Shown here one piece after another: positions 28,220 to 36,920 of a DNA stretch of 64,000 nucleotides. Positions within the stretch are counted from its first letter, which is position 1; each line of letters starts with the position of its first letter. Both the position numbers and the translations under genes were made by a program. The DNA is taken from NCBI GenBank assembly GCA_031292305.1, contig JARLHJ010000012.1:1-64000 (forward strand). The letters run 5' to 3'. Origin of the DNA: Candidatus Babeliales bacterium (GTDB taxonomy: Bacteria; Babelota; Babeliae; Babelales; JABDEC01). A model generated the notes under the pieces. That model had not been told where the DNA came from. It saw only the letters and a program-made list of their open reading frames with translations, and made no database searches.

Positions 28220-28906
28220 ATGAATGTTTTAATATTAAGTATTGTTTTGCTATTAAGTTTCAATATCTTTTCTGGTTTAGATTTTAAGTATCCATATACA
28301 GTGCCAACATTGCCGTATGAATATAAGTCATTAGAACCCTATATAGATGAACAAACTATGAAATTGCATCATGATGCGCATCACAAAACCTATGTTGATA
28401 ATTTAAATGCAGTTTTGGTTGATAACAAAAAATTGCAAGCAAAAGACTTAGAGTGGTTATTAAGAAACTTAAATACAATAGAAGACACTCAAACACAAAC
28501 GACAATAAAAAATAATGGTGGTGGTCATTGGAACCATTCATTTTTTTGGAAAATTATGGCTCCTGATTGTCAAAAACTTTCAAATAAAAAATTAATGAAA
28601 GAGATTAAGAAACAATTTGGGTCATTTGATAAATTTAAAGATCAATTTAATGCAGCAGCTAAAAAAGTATTTGGTAGCGGTTGGGCTTGGTTATGTGTTG
28701 ATCAAAATAAAAAATTGGTAATTATTACTACACCAAATCAAGAAAGCCCGATATCACAAGGTTTAGAGCCAATACTTGGTCTTGATGTCTGGGAGCATGC
28801 ATATTATTTAAAATACCAAAATAAGCGAATTGATTATATTAGTTCATTTTGGCATGTGATTAATTGGCGACAAGTTGAAATGAATTATAGTTTTGCAATT
28901 AAGTAA
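28220..28906 (+). CDS. Fe/Mn-family superoxide dismutase with N-terminal signal-peptide-like extension
   Basis: …LPYEYKSLEPYIDEQTMKLHHDAHHKTYVDNLN… and …DVWEHAYYLKYQNKRIDYI… are the Fe/Mn-SOD metal-ligand motifs. About 20 hydrophobic residues (MNVLILSIVLLLSFNIFSG) precede the canonical start of the fold. Confidence 0.9.
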   Translation: MNVLILSIVLLLSFNIFSGLDFKYPYTVPTLPYEYKSLEPYIDEQTMKLHHDAHHKTYVDNLNAVLVDNKKLQAKDLEWLLRNLNTIEDTQTQTTIKNNGGGHWNHSFFWKIMAPDCQKLSNKKLMKEIKKQFGSFDKFKDQFNAAAKKVFGSGWAWLCVDQNKKLVIITTPNQESPISQGLEPILGLDVWEHAYYLKYQNKRIDYISSFWHVINWRQVEMNYSFAIK

Positions 28907-28920
28907 ATTTATAAGATATA

Positions 28921-28957
28921 AAAATAGCTAGCATAAAATTATGCTGGCTATTTTTAT
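28921..28957. terminator. Hairpin terminator between convergent sod and propeller genes
   Basis: AATAGCTAGCATA-aaat-TATGCTGGCTATT (one mismatch) with flanking A/T-runs. Confidence 0.5.
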
Positions 28958-28970
28958 ATCTTATAACTGT

Positions 28971-29993
28971 TTATTTTAAAATCTCCGGTAACAAAAAATC
29001 AGCTAAAAATATTTGGCATGTTTTGTCATCACTACGTTTAGATGTCCAAATAATTTGTTTGCCATCTTTACTAAAACTCGGCAAACCATCAAAAGTAGGG
29101 TGATATGTTAGTCTATAATTAACGCCACTTTTAATATTCATTAAATATATCTCATAGTTATGGTGCCCATGCAATGAAGTTGTATATGCAATTACTTCAC
29201 CATTGGGGTGCCAGTATGGCGCCCAATTAACTGCGCCATTATTAGTCAGTTGAATTTTATTTTTACCATCAGCTTCCATGCAATAAATTTGCAAATAATG
29301 TTCTTTTTCATAATCTGCTCTATAAATTATTTTCTTTGCATCTGGAGAAAAGAAAGGTCCGCCAATATAGACGTTATCTTCAAATGTAATCTGTTTTATA
29401 TTTGTACCATCTGCATTCATGGTATAAATATTCATGCGCCCATGCATGTTGCTCGCAAAAACAATTTGTTTGCCATCACTTGAATATGCACATTCTGCTT
29501 TGTAGTCAGGGCCAGTCGTTAATCCTTTTAATTCTGTGCCATCTGGGTTTGCTTCATAAATATTCATGTATGGTGTAAATTCCCAGCTATATTTGCTGTT
29601 ATCTTTTTTATATCCTGGCACTGCTTGTTTAGTTTTGTCTAAATCTGGGTCTTCATGGCTGCTTGCAAAAATAATCTTCTTACCATCAGGTCTAAAATAT
29701 GCACATGTACATGCACCTTTACCGGTGCTAACCATTTCAGGCATGGTTTCACCAATGCGCAATGTATAAATCTGGTAATGCTCTTTTCCCTTTGGCACTG
29801 CTTGGAAAATTATTGTTTTGCCGTCGGGAGAGAAATAAGATTCACCGGCTTTTTCAAATCCCATTGATGTGTATGTTAATTGCCTAATATTTTGTAATGC
29901 AGGCTGTTCTTGAAGTGCATCAAAATTTTTATAATTTGCTGCGCAAATAGAAAATAGACTTAAGAAAAAAATAAAATAGTTTTGCATTTCCAT
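28971..29993 (-). CDS. TolB-like WD40-like beta-propeller repeat protein (340 aa)
   Basis: Signal peptide, then repeated …SPDGKxIIF/…YSSDGKQIVFAS…/…FSPDAKKIIY… blades characteristic of the Tol-dependent-translocation beta-propeller repeat. It lacks a TolB N-terminal domain and is not in a tol-pal operon. Confidence 0.6.
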   Translation of the reverse strand: MEMQNYFIFFLSLFSICAANYKNFDALQEQPALQNIRQLTYTSMGFEKAGESYFSPDGKTIIFQAVPKGKEHYQIYTLRIGETMPEMVSTGKGACTCAYFRPDGKKIIFASSHEDPDLDKTKQAVPGYKKDNSKYSWEFTPYMNIYEANPDGTELKGLTTGPDYKAECAYSSDGKQIVFASNMHGRMNIYTMNADGTNIKQITFEDNVYIGGPFFSPDAKKIIYRADYEKEHYLQIYCMEADGKNKIQLTNNGAVNWAPYWHPNGEVIAYTTSLHGHHNYEIYLMNIKSGVNYRLTYHPTFDGLPSFSKDGKQIIWTSKRSDDKTCQIFLADFLLPEILK

Positions 29994-30084
29994 TCCTAAA
30001 ATATAATTTACTGAGAAAGCAGCTTACTATATTTTTCAGAAAGTTTATATTTAACTGATCGTTTGTCAGTAAATTTCGATTAAA

Positions 30085-30654
30085 TTATTGGCATGGATTT
30101 TTGCTTTTTTCTTCTAAGCTGTAATAAAGAATCATAAAGAAAGAAAGTGAAGCCAATATTGTCATAGATACTAAAAGAGCGGTAAATCCAAAATAAGATG
30201 CAATAACTCCACCGCTTAAGCAAGCGATACCATAGAAAATTGTAGATACGCCTTCATTCATTGCCCAGCCGCCAGAAAGATCATGCATGGTTTGTTTAGA
30301 ATATTCAGCGTCGTAAGCTGGGTTAGATATTGCACTACCTAATGCGCCTAATACTTCTGTTAAAAACAGAGTATAAATATTAGTAACAAAGAAATACATT
30401 ACAACGCTCATAACCCACAAGAACCAACCAATACAAAGAAATTCTCTTTGGTAAATACGGCTAGATTTTGTTTGGTAAATTAATATAGTAGCCACGCCGG
30501 TAACTATAGAAAATAATGCTACAGCAAAGGAAGTTTCTAAGATTCCTCCACCGATTCTTTCTACAAAAAATGCATAGATTGGTGCTAAAATACCTTGGGA
30601 AAATGTTGAAATACTATAAGAAGCGATTAAGAGTCTTAAATATTTTTTTTGCAT
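30085..30654 (-). CDS. Hypothetical polytopic membrane protein (189 aa)
   Basis: Five to six hydrophobic helices. Confidence 0.4.
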   Translation of the reverse strand: MQKKYLRLLIASYSISTFSQGILAPIYAFFVERIGGGILETSFAVALFSIVTGVATILIYQTKSSRIYQREFLCIGWFLWVMSVVMYFFVTNIYTLFLTEVLGALGSAISNPAYDAEYSKQTMHDLSGGWAMNEGVSTIFYGIACLSGGVIASYFGFTALLVSMTILASLSFFMILYYSLEEKSKNPCQ

Positions 30655-30740
30655 AATAAAGCCTTTAACATAAGTTGTTTATTTAATATAAGTTAAAGGT
30701 ATTATATGATAATGCAATTAAATAAATTTGATAGCAGTAT

Positions 30741-31220
30741 TTACTTATTTTTTGCGTTCTTTATTAGATTAATAATATAATTTTTCATTTCTAAAATTAG
30801 TAAAGAAGATTCTATTCCAGTTGTTAAACGAGAAAAATGATTTTCTGGATTAATATTAGAATCCATTTTTAAATGAAGGCAAGTAACGCATGCAGCACAA
30901 ACTAGAGAGAAATTAATATTATTAACGTCTTTTGAGTAGCATGGATTTTCATTATCACTTACTTTTTTATAAATATTCAAGCCAGTTATTAAAGCACCAG
31001 GCAGAAGCATTATTTCTGGTGTATTTTCTGCAAAATAGCCTAAACATTTGCCAAGATAGTAGCTTGTTAGAACAAATGCTCCAGCTTTAGCACTTTTTAA
31101 ATAAATACTTTCAGTTTTTTGTTCTTCTACTTTTACCTCTGGATCAATTGTAATTTGAACTGTGCCTAGCATGTTAGAAGATAGTATTAATAAACTTAGG
31201 CTTAAGATAAATTTTTTCAT
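30741..31220 (-). CDS. Hypothetical secreted protein (159 aa)
   Basis: Signal peptide. Confidence 0.4.
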   Translation of the reverse strand: MKKFILSLSLLILSSNMLGTVQITIDPEVKVEEQKTESIYLKSAKAGAFVLTSYYLGKCLGYFAENTPEIMLLPGALITGLNIYKKVSDNENPCYSKDVNNINFSLVCAACVTCLHLKMDSNINPENHFSRLTTGIESSLLILEMKNYIINLIKNAKNK

Positions 31221-31299
31221 GGCATCCTCTAATTGTGTAAATATAGTATGTATAGGTCATATTATTAAGTTTAGGCTATATATTTCATTTGTAAAATGG

Positions 31300-32427
31300 T
31301 CACTGTTTTAAATATTTCTTATTTCTTAGCTTTTCTGGCAATAAACAATCAGTTGTATATTTCTCATACCCTTTGCCGTAACCAATTTCTTGCATTAATT
31401 TAGTGGGTGCATTGCGAATGTTCATTGGCACTGGCAAATTACCTAGTTTTTTAACATCATCTTGTGCTTCTAGTAGTGCGTAATAGGACGCTTTGCTTTT
31501 TGGTGCATTTGCCAAATAGCAAACTCCATGTGCTAAATTAATTGCACATTCTGGGTAGCCAATTATTTCCACTGCGCGAAAAACAGAATTGGCAATTGCT
31601 AATGCATTAGTGTCTTCTAGGCCAATATCTTCACTTGCAAATATAACCATGCGACGTGCGATAAATTTAGGGTCTTCGCCAGCTTCTACCATACGTGCTA
31701 AATAGTATAATGCCGCATTAGGTTGGCTTGCGCGCATAGATTTTATAAATGCAGAAATAGTATTGTAATGTTCTTCTGCTTTTTTGTCGTACCTTAAGAA
31801 TTTGTTTTGTAAGGCGTTCTGTAAATTTTCTATATTAATTTCTTTATAAAGTTTTACAGTATTTTCTAGCATTGTAATGGCTTGTCTTGCATCACCATTT
31901 ACCATTCTTGCTAACCATTCTTTTGATTCTTGGTCTATGTTTAAACCAGTTGAATCTATAATTTTAAATATATTTTCTTGAGTCAATTCATTTAAAATAA
32001 ATACACGGCAACGAGAAAGCAAAGCTGAAATAACTTCAAAGCTTGGATTTTCTGTTGTTGCGCCGATTAAGGTTAATTCACCAGATTCAACATAAGGTAA
32101 TAAAAAATCTTGTTGTGCTTTATTAAATCTATGAATTTCATCTAAAAATAATATTTTTGATTTGTCGGTTTTATTGGCAATAATTTTTCTAATATCATCT
32201 TTGCCTGTAGAAACAGCAGAAAGTTCATAATATTCTGCATCTAATGCATTTGCGTAAATTCTGGCTAGGGTTGTCTTACCTGAACCTGGCGGTCCCCATA
32301 AAATAAAACTGAAGATATGTTTTTTTTCTATAGCTATTTTTAAGGGTTTGCCATTTCCTACTAGATGTTCTTGTCCTGCAAAGTCGTTTAGGGTTTTGGG
32401 TCTAATTTTTGATGCTAATGGTTCCAT
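31300..32427 (-). CDS. rarA: Replication-associated recombination protein A (RarA/MgsA AAA+ ATPase)
   Basis: …[18 protein letters not shown]… (Walker A), …[23 protein letters not shown]… (Walker B and sensor), …[21 protein letters not shown]… match the RarA/WRNIP family. Confidence 0.85.
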   Translation of the reverse strand: MEPLASKIRPKTLNDFAGQEHLVGNGKPLKIAIEKKHIFSFILWGPPGSGKTTLARIYANALDAEYYELSAVSTGKDDIRKIIANKTDKSKILFLDEIHRFNKAQQDFLLPYVESGELTLIGATTENPSFEVISALLSRCRVFILNELTQENIFKIIDSTGLNIDQESKEWLARMVNGDARQAITMLENTVKLYKEINIENLQNALQNKFLRYDKKAEEHYNTISAFIKSMRASQPNAALYYLARMVEAGEDPKFIARRMVIFASEDIGLEDTNALAIANSVFRAVEIIGYPECAINLAHGVCYLANAPKSKASYYALLEAQDDVKKLGNLPVPMNIRNAPTKLMQEIGYGKGYEKYTTDCLLPEKLRNKKYLKQ

Positions 32428-32527
32428 TTTGTTCCCCCATTTAAGTATAATAAAGATAGATGTTCTTTATATTACTATTATACCATAAAAAATAGATTTT
32501 ATAAACTGGTAGGGGAGGTGTTAGAAA

Positions 32528-33055
32528 GTGAAGATAATTAAAAATAGAAAACCGATTTTTATGGTTCACAAACATCATGCCACTAAATTACACTATGATT
32601 TAAGGTTAGAAATTGGAGGTAAATTAAAATCCTTTGCTATGTATGAATTGCCTATTAAACCGTCTGAACCAGTTAATGCTGTGCAAGTGCCAGATCATCC
32701 ATTTTGGTATAGGCATTTTGAAGGTGTAATACCAGAAGGAGATTATGGTGCTGGGCCAGTAATGGTTTGGGACAAAGGTTTATTTTCAAGCTTTATGAAA
32801 GACCATGATGGCAAAGCTATAAGTTTAGAAGAATCTATAAAAAAGGGCTTTATGTTACTTTGGCTAAAGGGACACAAACTAAATGGTGGTTATATTTTAG
32901 TTAGATTAAGCAAGAAGGCAAAATGGTTGATAATAAAAATGGATGATGAGTATGTTATTAAAGGTCGCAAACCAGCTAATTGGCAACGTTCTGTTAAAAG
33001 CAATAAAACATTAGATCAAATTTTAGAACATTATTCAGACAAATTAAAAAAGTAG
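32528..33055 (+). CDS. Stand-alone LigD-type 3'-phosphoesterase (PE) domain protein
   Basis: …FMVHKHHATKLHYDLRLE…KSFAM…PDHPFWYRHFEGVIPEGDYGAGPVMVWDKG…LNGGYILVR… matches the LigD PE-domain consensus (QKHxAxRLHYDFRLE … EGxIPxGxYGAG … WD.G). The track start is GTG 32528. ATG 32561 is an alternative. Confidence 0.75.
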   Translation: MKIIKNRKPIFMVHKHHATKLHYDLRLEIGGKLKSFAMYELPIKPSEPVNAVQVPDHPFWYRHFEGVIPEGDYGAGPVMVWDKGLFSSFMKDHDGKAISLEESIKKGFMLLWLKGHKLNGGYILVRLSKKAKWLIIKMDDEYVIKGRKPANWQRSVKSNKTLDQILEHYSDKLKK

Positions 33056-33105
33056 CAATTTCCCAAATTTCTGAAGGAAATTGCTACAAAAATTAATAAT
33101 AAATA

Positions 33106-33327
33106 TTATCTTTTTTTACGTAACATTGGTAAACCAGTGCGTTCATTTTCTGTTACTTCATAACCTTCTGGTAATTTATCTAATGCGAATTCTTTAGTAA
33201 CTTCACCAGCAAAATAATAAATTCTTTGTTTGCGGCCGCCAGAAAGTTCTACTTCTTTTGAATGTAGATTGTAATCTTTTCCACTTTTCTTTGATTTAAC
33301 TGTAAAAGCCATGATAATACCTTTCAA
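33106..33327 (-). CDS. Small hypothetical protein (about 68-73 aa)
   Basis: ORF with a basic C-terminus. No family recognised. Confidence 0.3.
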   Translation of the reverse strand: MKGIIMAFTVKSKKSGKDYNLHSKEVELSGGRKQRIYYFAGEVTKEFALDKLPEGYEVTENERTGLPMLRKKR

Positions 33328-33430
33328 TTATTTAACATTTAAAATTTATTCATAAGATAAAGCTATTTTATTAACTAAATAAAATGCAATATTTCATTAA
33401 AATAGAATTTTCTAGATTTATAATCAAATA

Positions 33431-33976
33431 TTATTTTTTAGTAGAGAATAATTTAATCATTTCTCTATTAAACGCTGGAATATCTTCAGGTTTTCGAGAC
33501 GTTACTAAATTATCATCGACAACCACTTCTTCATCTATCCAATCGGCACCAGCATTTTTTAAATCTAATTCTAGAGATGGCCATGAAGTTAATTTTTTGC
33601 CTTTAACAGCTTGCGCATTTATAAGAGTCCATGGACCGTGACAAATTGCTGCAATAGGTTTTTCATTTATAACAAATTCTTTTATAAACTTAATGGCATC
33701 GGGAATAATTCGTAATTTATCTGGATTCATTACGCCTCCAGGTAAAACTAAGGCATCATATTTATTGGCATTTGCTAAACTCAATTCAATATCAACTTTT
33801 AATTTTTTAGACCAGTTATCATTATTCCAACTTTGAACTTTAGATTTTTCAGGTGAAATTATTTCAACAATTGCACCTTCATTTTCTAATGCTTTTTTGG
33901 GTTTTTCTAACTCAGAAAGCTCAAAGCCATTAGCTACCAATATTGCTACTTTTAAGCCTAATAATAAATTTGTCAT
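33431..33976 (-). CDS. DJ-1/PfpI-family protein (glutamine amidotransferase-like class 1)
   Basis: …KVAILVANGFELSELEKPKKALENEGAIVEIISPE…YDALVLPGGVMNPDKL…KPIAAICHGPWTLINA… includes the nucleophile-elbow Cys motif AICHG. Confidence 0.85.
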   Translation of the reverse strand: MTNLLLGLKVAILVANGFELSELEKPKKALENEGAIVEIISPEKSKVQSWNNDNWSKKLKVDIELSLANANKYDALVLPGGVMNPDKLRIIPDAIKFIKEFVINEKPIAAICHGPWTLINAQAVKGKKLTSWPSLELDLKNAGADWIDEEVVVDDNLVTSRKPEDIPAFNREMIKLFSTKK

Positions 33977-34010
33977 AATGTTTCCTTTTTATAAAAAAAA
34001 TTTATGATAA

Positions 34011-34184
34011 TTAAACTTTTGGTCCGGGAAAAAATATCGTTTGAATTAACGATATAACAAATAATATTGCAAAAATTGGCCATAAAATTTGTAATAATAT
34101 TAAAATTCCTGAGCCAACTAATAAACCACTGAAACTTAATCCACCTGTTAACAAAGCAAGTAATAAAAATATTAATAATAACAT
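34011..34184 (-). CDS. Candidate small hydrophobic membrane protein (57 aa)
   Basis: RBS GGAGATAAT precedes the ATG. MLLLIFLLLALLTGGLSFSGLLVGSGILILLQILWPIFAILFVISLIQTIFFPGPKV has two TM helices. Not in the ORF track because it is under 60 aa. Confidence 0.3.
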   Translation of the reverse strand: MLLLIFLLLALLTGGLSFSGLLVGSGILILLQILWPIFAILFVISLIQTIFFPGPKV

Positions 34185-34504
34185 ATTATCTCCTTCTTAT
34201 ATGAATTTATGCTTTATCCATTAAAGCACATTTACTACAATAGTAACAAATTTCATATTTGAAAAACAAGATTTTGAAGTTGGAAAATCAAGTACTAATT
34301 TATACTTGATAATAAATTTTAAGCTGTGTTAATCTTAAATATAAGTAAAAAACAAGTTAAACAGTACAATCTATGACATCGCCATGTGACAACTTTAACG
34401 CACATTATTACTATAATTTTTTATTCATAGTTATCGCTTGCTTTTTAGTATTCACATTTTAGTAAATTTAACAATATATTATTTTACTAAAAAGGAGATA
34501 TGTT

Positions 34505-34903
34505 ATGATTGGTTCAAGTTTTACAGCTCAAAAAACCTATAATACATGGCTTTTGCTACGCATTGCTTATGGTCTTTTATTTATCGTTGTTGGTGTAGAT
34601 AAATTTTTTAATTATATTGTAAACTGGGGACAATACGTTAGTCCTGTAATATTAGACAAATTATTTCCAGATTTATATACATTAATATTAATTGTATCTG
34701 TAGTTGAAATTTTATTAGGGCTTTTAGTTTTAACAAAATGGACCCGCGCAGGCGCTTATGGAATGGCAGTATGGTTTTTAATTATTGCTGTAAATTTGGT
34801 AACAACGTTTCATTTTTTTGATATTGCTGCGCGTGATGTTATATTAGCAATTGGTGCTATTGCTTTGGCCAGATTAACTGAAATTAAAGACGAAATTAAA
34901 TAA
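34505..34903 (+). CDS. Small 4-TM membrane protein, possibly DoxX-like (132 aa)
   Basis: RBS AAAAGGAGAT. Four hydrophobic helices. The LLLRIAYGLLFIVVGVDKF motif resembles DoxX-family N-termini. Confidence 0.4.
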   Translation: MIGSSFTAQKTYNTWLLLRIAYGLLFIVVGVDKFFNYIVNWGQYVSPVILDKLFPDLYTLILIVSVVEILLGLLVLTKWTRAGAYGMAVWFLIIAVNLVTTFHFFDIAARDVILAIGAIALARLTEIKDEIK

Positions 34904-34913
34904 AGGAGATCTT

Positions 34914-35030
34914 ATGGAAAATACTCATAAAAAATGCGAAGAATGTGGTAAATGGCCTTGTAAATGTATTTATGATGGCAACCAAAAGAAATGTGAAGAA
35001 TGTGGCAAATGGCCTTGCATTTGTAAATAA
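34914..35030 (+). CDS. Cys-rich micropeptide (38 aa) with duplicated KKCEECGKWPCxC motif
   Basis: RBS AAGGAGAT 5 nt upstream. Translation is MENTHKKCEECGKWPCKCIYDGNQKKCEECGKWPCICK*, with 8 Cys in two identical CxxC…CxC units. Confidence 0.4.
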   Translation: MENTHKKCEECGKWPCKCIYDGNQKKCEECGKWPCICK

Positions 35031-35083
35031 CTTATATTTTTTAATCCCCGTTGGCTTTTTCACAACCAGCGGGGATATTTTAA

Positions 35084-35307
35084 TGAAAGAAATAATGAAC
35101 AATAAAAATTTAGGCATTCTTTATATTATTCTAGGTTCTGCAATAGTTGTATTATTTGCAGGGCATTTATTAATTAGATTTTTAGGTGCTATTTTTGGTC
35201 TATTTATTTTAAATCATGGCTTACAACTTTTGCGTTTTGCTCCGGTGCAAATTTTAGCATTTCAAATTTTTGAAGATATTAAGAATGGCGTGAAGAAAAG
35301 AAAATAA
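35084..35307 (+). CDS. Small 2-TM membrane protein (74 aa)
   Basis: MKEIMNNKNLGILYIILGSAIVVLFAGHLLIRFLGAIFGLFILNHG… has two helices and a basic tail. It is the 3' part of track ORF 34945..35307. Confidence 0.35.
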
Positions 35308-35482
35308 AAGTTTGTCATTTTCAGGCCTTGTAATGAGGCCTTCTTTTAAACCTCCTATTTTACCCTGTAAGTCAGCTCTAATTGAAATTAATCATTGATT
35401 ATATGCTTAAACTCTTGCTTTTTAGGCTTGGCAACTGCTACTCTAATAGAAATAATGGTGTTAATCAAAAAAGGGAGAAGTT

Positions 35483-36082
35483 ATGAATTATTTTAATAAT
35501 TTAACCGGTAATGAACGTGAAGCGCTAAATCAGTTAAAAGAAAATAGAGGCTGGTACTTAGCATTAGGCATAGGCTTAGTTGCATTAGGTATTTTAGCAG
35601 TTTTATTTTCAATAATTAGTACAGAATTAATGGTAATATATTTAGGTGCAGTTTTATTTGTATTTGGTGTTTTTGAAGTTGTAAAAGCTTTAAAATTAAG
35701 CCATTGGAGCAATTTCTTTTTACATCTATTTTTGGGGATATTATATATTGTCGCAAGTATTTTTATAGTAATACATCCACTTGCTAATGCATTAAGCTTA
35801 ACGCTATTATTAGCAGTGTTCTTTGTAGTTGCAGGTATTGCACGTATAGTCTTTTCATTTACAAACCATGTACGCAACAGAGGCTGGTTACTTTTAAATG
35901 GATTAGTAACATTATTACTTGGTATTTTAATCTGGGTTCAATGGCCATATTCAGGCCTATGGGTTATTGGTACAATCGTTGGTATTGATGCAATATTTAC
36001 AGGTTGGACATGGATTATTTTAGCAATTGAAGCGAAAAATATTAAGATAGAAAATCATCATCATAATAGTGAAGTTAAATAA
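35483..36082 (+). CDS. HdeD-like (DUF308) acid-resistance-type membrane protein with His-rich tail
   Basis: RBS AAAAGGGAGAAG. Six TM helices with the repeated GxxxxGIL pattern typical of HdeD/DUF308. C-terminus ENHHHNSEVK. Terminator at 36101..36130. Confidence 0.5.
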   Translation: MNYFNNLTGNEREALNQLKENRGWYLALGIGLVALGILAVLFSIISTELMVIYLGAVLFVFGVFEVVKALKLSHWSNFFLHLFLGILYIVASIFIVIHPLANALSLTLLLAVFFVVAGIARIVFSFTNHVRNRGWLLLNGLVTLLLGILIWVQWPYSGLWVIGTIVGIDAIFTGWTWIILAIEAKNIKIENHHHNSEVK

Positions 36083-36140
36083 TATAATTTGTTATAATGA
36101 AAAAGGCAGAGTAATTCTGCCTTTTTTTTATCTTAAAATA

Positions 36141-36800
36141 TTATGGAAATTGCTGAATGCCCAATTTTTTCCAATCTTCAGTAAACTTTTCAATACCCTG
36201 ATTTGTCAAAATATGTTTAATAGATTTTTCAAAAATTTCTACAGGCATAGTAACCGCATCAGCGCCATTTAAAATAGCTTCATGAAATTCACGAACAGTG
36301 CGAATCGATGCTGCTAATAATTCAGTTTCAAAGTTATAGTTATCAAGCATTTCTCTAATTTCAGAAATTATCACATTTCCATCTACGTCTAAATCATCTA
36401 AGCGGCCCACAAATGGTGAAATGTATGTCACACCTAATTTGGCCATCATAAGACTTTGTAGCATTGTGAACACAAGTGTTACATTCACAGGCACTTCTTC
36501 TATTACTAATTTATTAATAATTTTATAATAATCTGCATGACAAGGTATTTTGACAATAATATTTTTAGATAATGCCGCAATTTCTTTTGCCTGTTTATAA
36601 ACATCATCAGGATTGGTTTTTGTAATTTCTACACTTATATCACCATCTGGTAATATTGAGCAAATTTCTAAAATAATTTTTTTTGCATCTCCACCTTCTT
36701 TAAAAAGTAATGACGGGTTTGTTGTAATACCATCTATTAAACCTGTTTGTGATAACTCTTTTATCTTTGCTATATTTGCGGTATCTAAAAATATTTTCAT
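36141..36800 (-). CDS. tal: Transaldolase / fructose-6-phosphate aldolase (short TalC/FSA type)
   Basis: MKIFLDTANIAKIKELSQTGLIDGITTNPSL… is the classic N-terminus of FSA/short transaldolases. The catalytic Lys region …IIVKIP… is present. 219 aa from this start. The track ORF extends 16 codons further upstream. Confidence 0.8.
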   Translation of the reverse strand: MKIFLDTANIAKIKELSQTGLIDGITTNPSLLFKEGGDAKKIILEICSILPDGDISVEITKTNPDDVYKQAKEIAALSKNIIVKIPCHADYYKIINKLVIEEVPVNVTLVFTMLQSLMMAKLGVTYISPFVGRLDDLDVDGNVIISEIREMLDNYNFETELLAASIRTVREFHEAILNGADAVTMPVEIFEKSIKHILTNQGIEKFTEDWKKLGIQQFP

Positions 36801-36920
36801 AATTTCTCCTAGTTTGCAATTTATTATTACAAAAAAAATTACAAGCAATCAATATATTTGTTGAATTGAATAGAACTGTTTGTTATATTTAAATTTATTA
36901 TTCCATTAGTTGGGACATTT

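Noticed and set aside
36069-36272. Plus-strand ORF 36069..36272 overlapping the terminator and the 3' end of tal
   Set aside because: It spans a terminator hairpin and is antisense to a well-supported gene.
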